The notes beneath the pieces were generated by a model that had not been told where the DNA came from, made no database searches, and was given only the letters and a program-made list of their open reading frames with translations. The position numbers and the translations under genes were made by a program. A DNA stretch of 64,000 nt, taken from the NCBI GenBank assembly GCA_965113315.1, contig OZ220368.1, one strand, 5' to 3'. Shown piece after piece: positions 13,107-26,384 of the stretch (positions are counted from its first letter, which is position 1; every line of letters starts with the position of its first letter). Origin of the DNA: Podarcis vaucheri. Its lineage: Eukaryota.

Positions 13107-13553
13107 CTGTTTTCAATTCAAAAAGGAACTTTGTATAAACTAGAAACGCTATACACATTTTAACTTGTCTGCTTAACACCAGGCTTTTACAGTACTAATT
13201 CAGCCACCCGACTCGGTCGGAACAGCATGGTTTGGTTTGATAAATGCTGGTTTCTAAACAGCCACAGCTGAACCGCATGCACTTGAACTGCTTTAGTTTC
13301 AAAATTCCCTTCTGCACAAATCGTACTTGTGCTAGAATCCCTTCTGCAGAAGGTCAGAACTATTCGTAGAAAGTTTTATTGCCCTAGGATTAAGCTAAAA
13401 ATAATAATAAAAAACTTCTACGGCAATTGCTGCCACGTGCTTAAAAAATGGCTAACCCTTAGAACCTGGCGGCACAGAGGAACTTACGGCTCCCGGAAAA
13501 GCTTTCAGCATAGTCTCTTGGTCCCTTGTTGGAGTTCCGGCAAGCGACAGGCC

Positions 13554-16406
13554 TCACCGAGAGCTCAGCTTGTCCTGGAGTGTCTGCAGCCCCACCCGCA
13601 TCTGCTCCTCTGTCCCCTGGAGCACCTTGACCTCGATGGTGTGGAAGAGGTAGAGCACCGCTGAGATGAGCAACACCAGCACCCCCAGCAGGCTGAGCAG
13701 CGAGAAGGAGAACTTGGGGAAGGGCTGCAGGAGGGCTTCGCCAAACATGGAGCTCAGGCCCATGGTCGCCTGCATGAGCAGCAGCAGCATGGCCAGGACG
13801 GCCATACGGCCGCAGGAGTACTGCTGCCGCTCGGCCGCGTGCAGCCCTACCCGCACCTCCATACGGGCTTCGTTCAAGACGTCCACCAGCACCGGTTCTA
13901 GGAAGACAGACGGCAACAGGACTCAACCACAATGCACGTTGAGGCAGTAAAAGTCCTAAGACATTTGTGTCCAAGCCCACTCGGTGGTCTGGAGAGGCAG
14001 GCCAAGATTTCTACTTTATGCAGAGATACTGGCTTCTTGACTATGGTAGTGCATGCCTGCAGAGAAGCCAGGGCCCTAGCCCAACGGCCACACTCTTCTC
14101 TCCAGGGAGGTTAATGGGCGAGAACAGGCCTTGAAGGAGCACCACTGGGGATGGACCAGGCAGGCTTTGCCATCCCTCCCCACTTCCCAAAGGCATGCGT
14201 ACTTGCTCCCTCCTGTGCCAAAGCAATGAAACTGGGGTACTCACCAACTCTAGGATGGTTTAGGCATTTGCCTAACGCTCTCTTGTTCACAGAGAGTGTG
14301 GCTATGACAGCTTCATGGTCGGAATAAGGTATGTCCTTGTTGGGAGCTGTTCCAGTAGTTGTCTCATGGCGGTTGCATTTTACTTCATAGTGAGACAAAC
14401 CCTACAAGAAGGGAAGTTAAGCAGGAGAGCAAGGTGCTTATTATGCACATGTTTTAAATAAGTAAGGCTCCCAGAAATTCTAGGCTGTGGACTACAGGTG
14501 AAGAGGGTGGGGAACGATCTTATTAGAGTCCTATTTGAATGACAGAAGTAGAATCATAGAGTTGGAATAGACCACAAGGGCCATCGAGTCCAACCCCTTG
14601 CCAAGCAGGAAACACCATCAGAGCACTCCTGACATATGGTTGTCAAGCCTCTGCTTAAAGACCTCCAAAGGAGACTCCACTACACTCCTTGGCAGAAAAT
14701 TCCCCTGTCAAACAGCTCTTACTGTCAGGACGTTCTTCCTAATGTTTAGGTGGAATCTTCTTTCTTGTAGTTTGGAGCAGCAGAAAACAACCTTTCTCCC
14801 TCCTCTATATGACATCCTTTTATATATTTGAACATGGCTATCATATCACCCCTTAACCTCCTCTTCTCCAGGCTAAACATGCCCAGCTCCCTTAGTTGTT
14901 CCTCATAAGGCATCGTTTCCAGGCCTTTGACCATTTTGTTTGCCCTCCTCTGGACACGTTCCAGTTTGTCAGTGTCCTTCTTGAACTGTGGTGCCCAGAA
15001 CTGGACACACTACTCCAGGTGAGGTCTGACCAGAGCAGAATACAGTGGCACTATTACTTCCCTTGATCTAGATGCTATACTCCTATTGATGCAGCCCAGA
15101 ATTGCATTGGCTTTTTTAGCTGCCGCGTCACACTGCTGGCTCATGTCAAGTAATTTGGAAGTGTCCTCAAGGATCCGCTAAAGAATTCCTATGTCTGTTC
15201 TATCATGTGTTTATTTGACCATGCAAATCCAAGGAAAGCTATTCAGCAATGTCTTTGGGCAACTTGCTCCCATAGCTTGTTCTTTCAGAAAATTCATCTT
15301 AAATCTAAACTTTTGCCATTTAAAATCCATTGCCCTACATCTACAGTGTTTGGCAACAGGCACATTCTTGCCATCAGCTTTGGGGTAAGATTTTGATACA
15401 GACTGAAGATTATTTTCAGGCTCAACGTCAATCTGATTTTCTCATGGGTAATAGATGTCCTCAGTTCTTTTCACCTTTTCTCAATGATGTGACCTTTAAC
15501 CATATTTGCTACCCTCTTCTGAATTCTCCCCAAAATCAACATAGGGCCATGGTTCTCACAAACGTCCACCTCAAACCGAGGAATTAGTTACAAATGTAGT
15601 TCCCCTCTTACAGGAAAGGCTGGATATCTCAGGCAACTTTCCACACCCCTGTGTTAGAGTACGAAGTAGCAACAGCTGTGGTCTAAGTAGTGCCCACATG
15701 TTTACAGAGTTAGGAAGTGATCAAGCACTGCAAGCTAATCTAACTCCCCAAATGCAGCAAGTTCTTGCAGAAGTGTGCTTAGTGCTTTGCTCATTTTGGC
15801 TCTAAAGCTTTAAGTGTTATCCTCATATCTTGAAAAGCCAGTCCCAGCTGTTACACAGAACATGCCCAAAGACAACAACAGAAGGAAATCAAGCAAGTGA
15901 GTTCAGCCCGGTGCCAAGAGGTTGCCTGAGGCCATACCAGTCTGTGAGCACATAGTTTTGGAGACTATTGGACAAAGAAGACATTCCAGACTGAAGATAC
16001 TGACAGGAGACAGACCTGTCATGGGGCTAGTGCCAAACCATATTTGACAGCCTTTATTGCTTAACTGCTTTCTGAACTCTGTACTGCCGCTTTCTATGTG
16101 TTGAACTTGCACATACCTTATACAGAATGTAGTCAATACGAATCCCCTGGGGATAGCACCGCAGTTCTTTCTTGCTTGTGAAGCAGTTGGTGGGCAAGAG
16201 TGTAGAGCCATCCTCACCACCCTAGGAGCAAGACCAGAGTCTGAATTCTCAGTTCTAAAAAAACCCAGAGGTGGGGGAACTTTCTCAGCCTGAGGGCTGC
16301 AATCCCTCCTGGGCAACGTTTCAAGGGCCATATGCCAGTAGTGGGTGGGGCCAGGGACAAAAGCAGATAGAATACCTAATGCACATTTGCGTACTGTAGG
16401 CTTATT

Positions 16407-16449
<43 letters not shown>

Positions 16450-19400
16450 TCTATCCAGACAAGCAATGTGCATTATCAGAGTTGAAGGACACATTCCAGC
16501 CACACTCTTAAGTATGGCAGCACAGGCAGTGAGGGGTGTGGCCTGGAGCCAGATAGGGAGGCCTGGAGGGTCACTTTTGATCACTGGGCCTGAAGTTTCC
16601 CACCCTTCTAATAAAAGATACTAGAGCATCTGCAGCAAGCTGTGTTGTGGAAGAAGCTGCCAATTGAGTCTGGCTGACAGTGCAGCCTGCAGAGCTCAGA
16701 GCTTTCAGGAAGGCAAAAGAGAGAGAGAACCGGGTGGATGGAAGAGGCACCTTTAATCTGGTTGGTGTAACCTATCTCTTGACATTCTTACTCAAATAAA
16801 GGTAAGGTTATAGTTTCCAGACCCCAAGGGCAACTTTCTTTTCCTTTTACTGAGTGACCAAGGGAGGGAGAAACACCTCTCCTTTCTGGACCATTTCATA
16901 GGGCGGTACCCAGAGACTCACCTCAACCTTCTCTGCAGCAATGAAGGAGTCCCGAAGCCCTGCCCAACCTCGCAACAGCCTGATGCCCACATCTTCTGGG
17001 TGCATGTTCAGATCCCCACCAAGCAGCACCACATCGGCTCCTTTCGAAGTATGTCTGGGAAGATGAGAAGATGCCACAGACTGAGAGGAAACAAGCAGCC
17101 CTCAATGATACAAGGATGTTTTTTGTCATGAGAAATCTAAGCCACGTTAGATTTGAATTCTACCACACACCCAAAACCATGGCTGCATCCTCTCCCCCTA
17201 TCCACACATTCATTCTGTTGCTGGAGCGATAGCATTACATGGACTGAGTATGTTCCAAGCCAGAGCTCTGAACTACTGCCAAGGAGGGAAACCAGCTAAC
17301 AGAGAGAGGGACAAAGTGTGCGCACACAAACCTCATTATAAAGATTTCTGGGGTCTCCCCGTGACTTACTGTATAAACTGGGCAAGTTCCCAGGCCTGAA
17401 CTACTCGGTGGGGCAGGTAAGCATCCTTCTCCCGGCAGTACTCCGCATGGAGCTTGGGAGGAAGAAAACAAGACACACATGAAATTCACACTTGTATAGT
17501 AATACATGTGAAATCGCAAAGCAACAGCCTATGTACTCGCCTTGCTGCCCCACTTTAAGCTGATCGGGGAGCCTGTGGCAGAGATCAAAAGCAACAAGGT
17601 AAGAATTCTATAACAGACAGTGGGTTTTCAGTTTCAGAGAGACACAAGGACCTACGGATGATCCAAGACTGTCAGCAAAGAGTACCATCTGGTACAGATA
17701 CAACGCTAAACTACTGTTTTGCATTACTGGTCTAAATCTTGGGCTTGTGTGCGCATTCTTCTGCTGCTCCAGCAAGATCACAAGCTCTTGCTTCCACTTT
17801 CAACTAACTATGCATTATTGTTAAGTCCAAGCATTGGAACTGTGGTTTATCTTAACAATGATTTAGAGAAACTAGACTACAGATTGAAGTTGACTTGAGT
17901 CCTTGGACCAGGGATGGGGAGCCTGTGACCCCCACCAAATGCTGGTGGGCTATAGCTCTCACCGCCCCTGACTATTGTCTATTCAAGCTAGGGCTGGTGG
18001 AATTTACCAGCATCGGGAGGGATACAGGTTCTCCATCGTTGCTACATTTCAGACTTACCAGTATTTGACCAAGTAACTGAATAACAAGGAGCCACAGTTA
18101 GCTGAAAATAGAAGCGAAAGCTTCCATCTCCTCTTTGCGACTATGCCAGAGAAGACGACGGGAGCTTGCGATTCCAAAGCTTATTTGCATTAATACCAAC
18201 CACAGTTGCGTCCGAAATGCTGGTTGTGTGAAAGGATGAACTAGTCCCTTGTTTCTGTAGGCAGGGTTTGTTATCTCCCAAAAGGTGCCCCAGAATAATA
18301 TCCTCCGATCATGTAACCCAGGCTTCACCAAAAGAATGATCTCAAGATGTCATTACACTACAACTCCCAGCATGGCCAAGTGTAAATAGACCTCAAAAAT
18401 ATTTCCACATGTAGCTTTCGGGCTTCAGCAGACTAGGTAACACTGACGCTCCTGTGTTAGTACCAAGCTTGTGAAATCATACTGCTCATTAAGGCTGCCT
18501 CCTGTGGGAGTTTTTCTCACCCATTTCATTGTGCTGGCTTTCTATCTCCTCAACGCTAAGATAATTTAGAGATAGTCCCACAAGCAGAGGTTAGTTTATT
18601 GATCTTTGGGACTGCACTCACTGCTTGCATGGCATTACACAGAAATTTTATTTGCATTACCTACTAGCTATAGCAATAAAATAAAATACAATATGCTGAG
18701 GATAAAGCTACAAGCTTAGTTATACAAAATAAGTTCTAGAGGTTTACATCAATACAAATGACAGAACTGATACATAATCCTTTAACCACTTAATCCTTTA
18801 ACAGGCAGCTTTTATTCATCTATGCAATGTGGCTTGCATTTATTGTACCTTGGGATAAGAATGAACAGCAGCTTTCTAATGATGCATACATTTGAGAGAA
18901 CACACAAAAAATCCTTCTTTAAAAGGTTGTGTGTCTTGTTCATTTTTAAGAAGGTGCCACCCAAGAAAATAAAAAGCCTTGGCTGTTCATGGACACCCCC
19001 TGCTGGCAAATAGGATGTAAAAACAACAAGTATCACTTGGGAAGTCCAAGACAGTACAGTCCCACCTTGGAAGTCGAATGGAATCCATTCCGGAAGTCCA
19101 TTTGACTTCCAAAACATTCGACAACCAAAGCGTGCCTTCTGATTGGCTGCAGGAAGCTCCTGCAGCCAATCGAAAGCCCTGGAAGCCCCGTCAGGTGTTC
19201 GGCTTCCAAAAATAGTTCACAAACTGGAACAGTCACTTCCGGTTTTGCGGTGTTCGGGAGCCAAAGCTTTTGAGAACTAAGCTGTTCGAAAACCAAGGTA
19301 TGACTGCAATCACAGGATTCATTCAGCAATCTAAGCAAATCTGAAGTGCTATCCTGTGTTCCTCATGTAAATCCTACTCAAATCTAGACACACACACACA

Positions 19401-22400
19401 GAGAGAGATGATCTCTGTAATCTTGCTCCAGGAGTTGAAGAAGTTTGTAACAAACAAATAAAACAACAACAACAACAAAATAAATAAAACTGCTCACATG
19501 AGTCACATAGATGTTGAAAACAATCTCCTGTATCTTCAGGACCACAAGCCCCACCGATTTGCCACCAAACCAGTCTCCATGCTGGAACTGTAGAGAGAAG
19601 AAAGTGGAAGACAGTAGAAGAAACGTAGGCAACGCGGTCACAGTGAAAAGAGCCTTAGAAGAAAGGTGCTCTTTGGCACGTTCCCCACCCCCAAGCAAGG
19701 CATTGCCCACTCACCATGTAGGGGTAGCCATTCACAGAGTATTGGTACAGGAAGGTGTCCAGGATTTGGTATCTGGAGAAGATGCAGAGCCCACTGCCAA
19801 TCACTCCACTGTGAAAGACACAGGCACCACAGGCGTCAGCTGGGGGGGGCATTGCCAATCCTCACTGTTCCCATCCTCCATTTGAAATCAATAGCTAGAG
19901 TTTACAGAAAAGGGCTGGCATTTGGGACTCCGACTCCTTGGAATTATTCCTGGTTCTAGGGACGAAGCGAAGTCTTCTGACACCGTGATAGAGTCAAGAC
20001 TGAAAAGGGATGCTGCCTAATCATTATTAGCTTCTGTAACAGCACGCAAGGTCAAGTCACAGGTGCCCACCAAAATGTACATCTAAGAAGAGTTTAATGC
20101 CGTGTCTGCCAAAGAAGTGAACCATAAGATTTGGTAACCATCAAGTGGCCTGTACAAGGTGAGTCTGTAAAACTCAGATTAACTAATGTCACAAAATTTT
20201 ATTGAGATTCCCTGTGTTCCAAGCTGTGTCCCCTACAGATGAAGGTTGGTTTCACAGGTTGGTCTGCAGGTTGATTTCACACCAGGTATATGCCAACATG
20301 CATCCAACACATGCGTCCTGCACCATGCTGCCCATGTAGTGATCCAGTGCGCAACCATGGGCTCTGTTTCACAAACACAGCCTTAAAAATAGACCTGTGA
20401 GCTATTCAGTCAGCATGCCACATCTGGAAGGCAAGGATTGCTAAGGGAACAAGGGCAATTAAAGAACAATTATCTGTCACAAGGGGTGAGGCTTCTGCAC
20501 AAGCAACAAGGAACCTGTTTCCAAGAAAATATTATTCTGATCAGCTAAAGACCCAACTTATTCCAAGGCCTTCTATGCTAACCTGTCTGAGCTCTCAAGG
20601 AACTAAAGAGTGGGAATGATTTCTTACCAGTGTCTGAGAGGGTCCTCTCTAAAAACCATATAAATTGCACATCTGTGAAGTCAAGCCTATAATAAATGAG
20701 CTCAGCCATTGGCATGGACTATTCAAGCTCCTTTTTACCTTTTAAAATAGTGGGAAGAAGGATAGCGGGCACACAGCTTCTTTTTCAGCTCCCAATAATC
20801 TCTCTCGCTCCACACCTGGAAAAGCAGAGAGGTTGTAGTCACAGTGACTGCAAACCAAAGAACAGAAGTGGGAATTGAATCAGTGGGCTAAGTTGAAGCT
20901 AGGCGTGGGGGGGGGGGAGCTAACCCCTCCCTTCCCCTAGCATCCCTCCTCCCCAATTAATCATGTTTATATAACACTACAACAATGCATAGTGCTTCAA
21001 GATCTGCCATGCTCTGCCCACAACCTATGCCAATACTAGATGCACTATAACAGATGTAAGTACTCACCTCCTGCAAGAGCGCCAAGTCATATCCCTCCTG
21101 GTTGAGGACATTGCCAATCAGTTCAATGCGCTGCTGCCGTACTTTGCTCAGGTAGCGAATGGCCCTGGAAAGGAGAGAAAGGGAAGGAAACTGAATGAAA
21201 CATCAGGTTCCAACTAGGCTCATTGCTCATTTCAATCTTAGCCCTTCATTACTTACACCTGGTAAAGAAGGCAGTATCATACTGAGAGCCAAAGGAAGCA
21301 CTCCTCCCAATGCAAAAAGCACACCTGGAGGAGCAGTTTTAATCAGGCCTACAGTAGGGAAGGAAATGGTTAAATCCCCTCTCATCACTGAGGCAAGCAG
21401 CCCTCTCACAGCAGCTGTTGTTGCTGCACATTAAGGAAAAGATGTGCACATTAAATGCCAAGAAACATTGAATGCATTTATGTACAAGCAGCACTATAAG
21501 AAAAACTGGTCAGACACAGACAGAGTCAGGCCTGGCTGTTGCATGCCCCCAAATGAGGTCATAATGGGGTGGAAGATTCCTGGGGTAATACAAGGGACTA
21601 TACATTCGTCACTGCAAAAAGGAATTAGCTGAAAGGAGTTTTTCTCCATGACTTGCTAGCAACTGCTTTGTTTGTTTTACCGTATTTTTCGCACCATTGG
21701 ACGCACTTTTTTCCTCCTAAAAAGGAAGGGAAAATGTCTGTGCGTCTTATGGAGCGAATGTGTGGTCCCTGGAGCCAAATCGCTGTTGCCCTACGCTGCT
21801 GGGCTGCTCTTCGGGGATGGGGGGAGGAGCCACGGTGCTCTGCCGGCTGCCTCCGCTTTCCCCTGAAGCCCCGGCAACGTTTGCAAGCAGCAGGAAGGCT
21901 GTGCGTCTTTGCCCTGCGCTCCTGGGGTGCTCTTTGGGGGTGGGGGAGGAGCCACGCTGCTCCGCCTATAGCTTTTGCATTCCCCCTGAAGCTCCGACAA
22001 GGTTTGCAAGCAGAGGGAAGGCTGTGTGATCCTGGGGTGGAGGGGGGAGGAGCTACACTGCTCTGCCTACAGCTTTTGCATTCCCCCTGAAGCTCCGACA
22101 AGGTTTGCAAGCAGAGGGAAGGCTGTGTGATCCTGGGGTGGAGGGGGGGAGGAGCTACACTGCTCTGCCTATAGCTTTTGCATTCCCCCTGAAGCCCCGA
22201 CAAGGTTTGCAAGCAGAGGGAAGGCTGTGCGTCTTTGCCCTGCGCTCCTGGGGTGCTTTGGGGGGGGGAGCCACACTGCTCTGCCTATAGCGTTCGCATT
22301 CCCCGTGAAGCTCCGACAAGGTTTGCAAGCAGAGGGAAGGCTGTGTGATCCTGGGGTGGAGGGGGGTGGGGAGCAGCAAATTGCTTTCTCTCAGTGCCTC

Positions 22401-24183
22401 CTAATTCAACTGCAAAGGATTGCCTAACCGGATTCTGAGCTCCATTTGAAGTTTAAAAATACTAAGTTTGGGGATTTCTTCAGGTAGCAGTTTTGCAGAA
22501 ATAGTCATAAATACATGCAAAGCATTTCCACAATTCAGTATTAGTGAGCTCAGCTAAAACCGAGCAGGCATCTGGCTCAGTAACAGTTTAAACTAAACAA
22601 CTATAACCAAAATAAAAAAATTCCTTCCAGTAGCACCTTAAAGACCAACTAAGTTAGTTCTTGGTATGAGCTTTTGTGTGCATGCACACTTCTTCAGATA
22701 CACTGCTCTGTATCTGAAGAAGTGTGCATGCACACGAAAGCTCATACCAAGAACTAACTTAGTTGGTCTTTAAGGTGCTACTGGAAGGAATTTTTTTATT
22801 TTGACTATGGCAGACCAACACGGCTACCTATCTGTAACTGCAACTATAACCAGACATCCTGTGTGTTTGTGTGTGGACCATGTTCCTAGCAGCTAATCTT
22901 TATTGCTGAAAAGAGGCACTGATTTTCCACTCCAAATCTATAATTCATTATACAAATTCTTACAAGTACAGTCCACCTATACCAAACCAAAAACATTGTG
23001 TTCTCTTGTTATTGAATGGGAGCTATTTATCTGCCCTCTTTTCCTCCTCTGTTCTTTGCTCAATCACTCCATTTCCCACTCTTTGAATCTTCCTTTCAAA
23101 ACAACCAGGCCTGTTTTGAGAAAACTTCAGAGATTTAGGATCTGGAGCGCAATCATTGGATCTCTTTGCTGTTCCTCCATACTCCAAGCACTTCTCATTT
23201 GCACAGCCCTGGTTTCTCTCCCTGACTATTAATATTCTTGATTAATAACAGTAAAATGCTCAAATTTTAATTTTTGTGACTGCTGCCAATACTGACTTCC
23301 CAGTGATGATGAAAACAGCTACATTATAATGGAATGTCTGTCCTTTTTCCATTCTCTTCATTATATATTGTGGCTCGCTTTAAAGCAGCAAAGTGGACAG
23401 GAGCCACCCACTTTGCTGTTTTAAATAGTTTAGTACAACATTTGAGTTGGATTTTTTCTTCTTATTTTCCTGCTCTAAAAACTTGGTGCGTCTTTTGGTC
23501 AGGTGCGTCCTATGGAGCGAAAAATACGGTACTTGTTTTACATGGGAGAGAGAGATAACAGATGGCCTCCTTCCCCCATCCTGAAACATGGCACGATAGA
23601 CTCCATCACCTGATAATTCTACCATCTCATTATATTGTATACATGAGCCTGTGTTGGAATTGGAAGGACATAATGGAATTGGAAGGCTATAATGTAGGGC
23701 ACTGTACAAAATTAAGGGTCTCATGCATTGTTCCATCTGTTTTTTCTCTGGCCTGCCCACTTGAGTCTCTGCCCCACCCCCAAAGTTTGTCCTCAGCATG
23801 AAAAAGATTCCCCTCTCTCTCCATTTAAGCATAGATGCATGTTCAGCCAAATCACTTAATCATTGGGTTGTAAAAGGGCAGGAATACACAGAGAGATTTA
23901 CCAATACCCTGTTTTATTTACATAAAAACAGCCCCAGCCACGGGAGCTTCACCATTTCCTCTCTGCAAACAGGGAAACAAACAGGTGAAGAATGTGTTTG
24001 CCGTAACCCAGAAGACTCAGCAACTTCTTGATCAGAAAACATGACTGAACCTTCGCCAGCAGGGATGCAGATCAGAGCCAACCCTCACCTGCCTTAAACA
24101 CACACACAAAAATAAAGCAATGGAAAAACTCACCAGCAATTGAGGTCAAAGACACGCAACTGCAATTGAGGGTCCTTATCCAT
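13554..24183 (-). CDS. SMPD2: Sphingomyelin phosphodiesterase 2 (neutral sphingomyelinase 1), complete CDS, 409 aa
   Basis: Exons (5'->3') 24183-24134, 21164-21068, 20815-20739, 19808-19715, 19587-19498, 17452-17370, 17054-16922, 16221-16117, 14401-14245, 13897-13554; 1230 nt in frame. EEP-family motifs [48 protein letters not shown], plus two C-terminal hydrophobic segments. Confidence 0.96.
14548..15150 (-). mobile_element. CR1 LINE 3' fragment
   Basis: ORF2 C-terminal peptide [24 protein letters not shown]; CR1 3'UTR/tail (ctctatgattcta on -). Confidence 0.92.
16266..16608. mobile_element. Non-autonomous hAT-like DNA transposon with internal (CA)n
   Basis: Imperfect termini cagaggtgggggaac / gtttcccacccttc; (CA)n at ~16410-16446; no clean TSD. 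Confidence 0.5.
17909..18041. mobile_element. ~120-130 bp palindromic hAT-like MITE (representative copy)
   Basis: cagggatggggagcctgtg ... acaggttctccatcgttg; related copies at ~2520-2625, 9040-9130, 10320-10432, 11354-11462, 38695-38790, 42221-42343. Confidence 0.65.
19057..19306. mobile_element. Tc1/mariner-type MITE
   Basis: ta|cagtcccaccttggaagtcgaa ... ttcgaaaaccaaggtatgactg imperfect TIRs; same type as 53743-53953. Confidence 0.7.
21790..22375. repeat. GC-rich minisatellite, ~5 units of ~100-120 bp
   Basis: Repeated ctgctctgcctatagcttttgcattccccctgaagctccgacaaggtttgcaagcagagggaaggctgtg starting near 21837, 21957, 22059, 22160, 22276. Confidence 0.9.
22610..22840. mobile_element. Penelope-like terminal-repeat palindrome carrying hammerhead motifs
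   Basis: 95-bp inverted arms (22608-22702 / 22709-22803), one mismatch, 6-nt spacer; 12-bp direct repeat caactataacca at 22598-22609 and 22841-22852. Confidence 0.85.
22710..22747 (+). ncRNA. Minimal type-I hammerhead ribozyme motif
   Basis: GTAT-CTGAAGA-A-GTGTGC/AT/GCACAC-GAAA-GC-TC^ATAC: helix I GUAU/AUAC, CUGANGA and GAAA boxes, palindromic AGCU helix III, UC cleavage site after 22743. Confidence 0.7.
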
Positions 24184-26384
24184 CACAGTGGGGACAAGAC
24201 AAATGCAGAGGTGGGTTCAGATGGTTGCACTCACAATGCTGACAGGTTCTGCCTCCAGCTCTCTGGCAATCAAGGTGTCAGACTTTGGCTTTGCTCCTCT
24301 GCCAGAAGAACAGGAAGTGTGACTGTAATATTGCAGCTAACAGGTATGCACTGGCAGCTGGAAAACAAGGAAGGATGAAGCCTTGGTGGCACTGATTCAA
24401 CAAGCAGCACATGCTTTTGTGGACAAGGCCTAGAATGCCTCTCTCTGCTAAAGCCCTCTGGGCAACAGCATCTGAAAGTCCTTGATAGGAGGGAGAGGTG
24501 CAAAGATAAGATAAGACCTAAAGATTAGCAGAGTTATAAAGCATTAAAGGGACACTCTCAGGTCAAGCAAGCCCCATCTTTTGCTTGATCCTGATAGCAG
24601 GAATCTTTTGCTTCAGTGCTGTCACTGCCGCAGTCCCTTGTCAGTGAGTCATAAGCATAAAAAAATGCACACTTTTCCAGGCAATAAACCCTCATGGTAA
24701 AGACAATACTCTTGTAATCATTTAGGGCCCATCAAGCTTTAAAGGTCCACGGGCACACGTAGATCTTTGAGGGTGCTGGAACCCCATTGTTCCCTCTCTG
24801 GGCACTTCTCTCTCATCCCAACCTCACCCCAGCCAGAGAGAGAGAGAGAGAGAAAGCACACACATACAAACTTAGCTTTTCCAAGGAATCTGGGTGAAAG
24901 CTGGAACCAGCAGAATGAGTCTGAATCTTGAAAAGCACATAGAACTGAAAGAAGTGGGTAAGAGTGGCACTCTTCCAACTTCCTCCTTTAGCTCTGCGTA
25001 CTTCTCAAGGGAGAAAAAGGTAACCACCCTCACCAAGGGAGGTGTGTGTGTGTGACTTCAGAAGCTATGCAGGTACCACTGCATGCCACACTGATGACCA
25101 ACACATCACAGGGCTAGTCCTTAAAAAACCATAATCAAGCATTATGAGTGATCCCACTTTTTAAAAATATCATGTGTTTACTTGGTAGATTCTAAAGCTC
25201 TCTCCTACTGGCAATCTCTCTGTGCAAAGTTCCAAGGGCAAGAAGCTGTGTGCTCACAGGTCAATGACACCCAATCCAAGGCTCAGTTCTTGAATTTCCT
25301 TCAAGGATCCGTTTTCAACCATGCTGGAGTGTTGGGACACCCATGACCAAACCTACAGTATTTACTTATATCTCTCAATATCACAATTCCTCACAATCAT
25401 TTATGGTTATTACCAGTGCTTTCCCCCCTAGAAAAATAGTTGCCAGTACTCACTGTGAAGTTCTTACAGTAAGTGCCACACTTTTTAACCCAGAGGGAGA
25501 GAAAGAGAGGTGCTGGTATTGTGTACCCTGGAGTATCCCCTGAAAATAAGCACTGGTTTTTACTGCCCTTGAGGCTAGGGATTTGTGTCTTACTGGATTG
25601 AATCAGACTCTCAGTATGGCTTGCCCAAGAACCCAGGAGAGAGTGCATGGCAAAGCAGCGGGGGTCTGCTCTTCAAACTGCTGCTTCCACCCTGCCCTCA
25701 AACCATTCCCTCCCATCTTCTTTGAATGCATTTTCTTACACTTGTTCACCAGGTGAAATTAGCAAGAAAGGGAAAGTAGCTTCCCTTGTGTTCACTGCCA
25801 AGATGAAATAAAATGGCTGTGGTAAATATTTTGACCCAAATATTTTCAACAATATACAGACAGCAAGAAATGACAAACACATGTTGAAGACATGGACATC
25901 CTCATTTTTGCATGGTTTTGCCACAAAATCGGTGGTGAGTTAGTGACGCAGACCGGTCCTGGCTTCTGGCCAGTAGCTTTGATCTGCGCTCTGTTTCCTG
26001 GTTTCTTCAAGGGAAAAAACAGTACTGTACTTTGTTTTAGGATGCTTCTCACTGTGTCTATTTCCCAGCATTTGGATAAAGGTGTTTCATTGCCTCTCAC
26101 TGCTCAATAGTGAGTCAGGCAGCCTAACCCAATTTTCTCAGACAGTACATGTATATTATAAATACACCAATTCAAACAAAAAAACTGGAACAAACAGAGG
26201 GGGAATGAAGGAGCGCTGAAATGTCCACGCTAGCACAGACTAGTATCAATATCTACAGGCCCATAAATTAATTGCTAATAAGCTTTTTCTGATTCAAAAT
26301 AATAAATGATCTGGCATCCATTCAGCAGTTTTTTACATTCTTGGAATTTAGGGAGCAGAGTTTTAATTTACTTAGTCTATACAT

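Larger units (their letters stand above)
21680..23529. mobile_element. Non-autonomous Tc1/mariner (pogo/Tigger-like) element with internal minisatellite and nested Penelope palindrome
   Basis: TA|CCGTATTTTTCGCaCCATtGGACGCAC ... GTGCGTCCtATGGaGCGAAAAATACGG|TA (TIRs plus TA duplication). Confidence 0.75.

Noticed and set aside
13459-13980. 173-aa and other overlapping ORFs over the last SMPD2 exon
   Set aside because: Shadow frames of a GC-rich coding exon
21625-22427. Cluster of repetitive ORFs; superficially array-like repeats
   Set aside because: Translations of a minisatellite; no unique spacers and eukaryotic context, so not CRISPR or a gene
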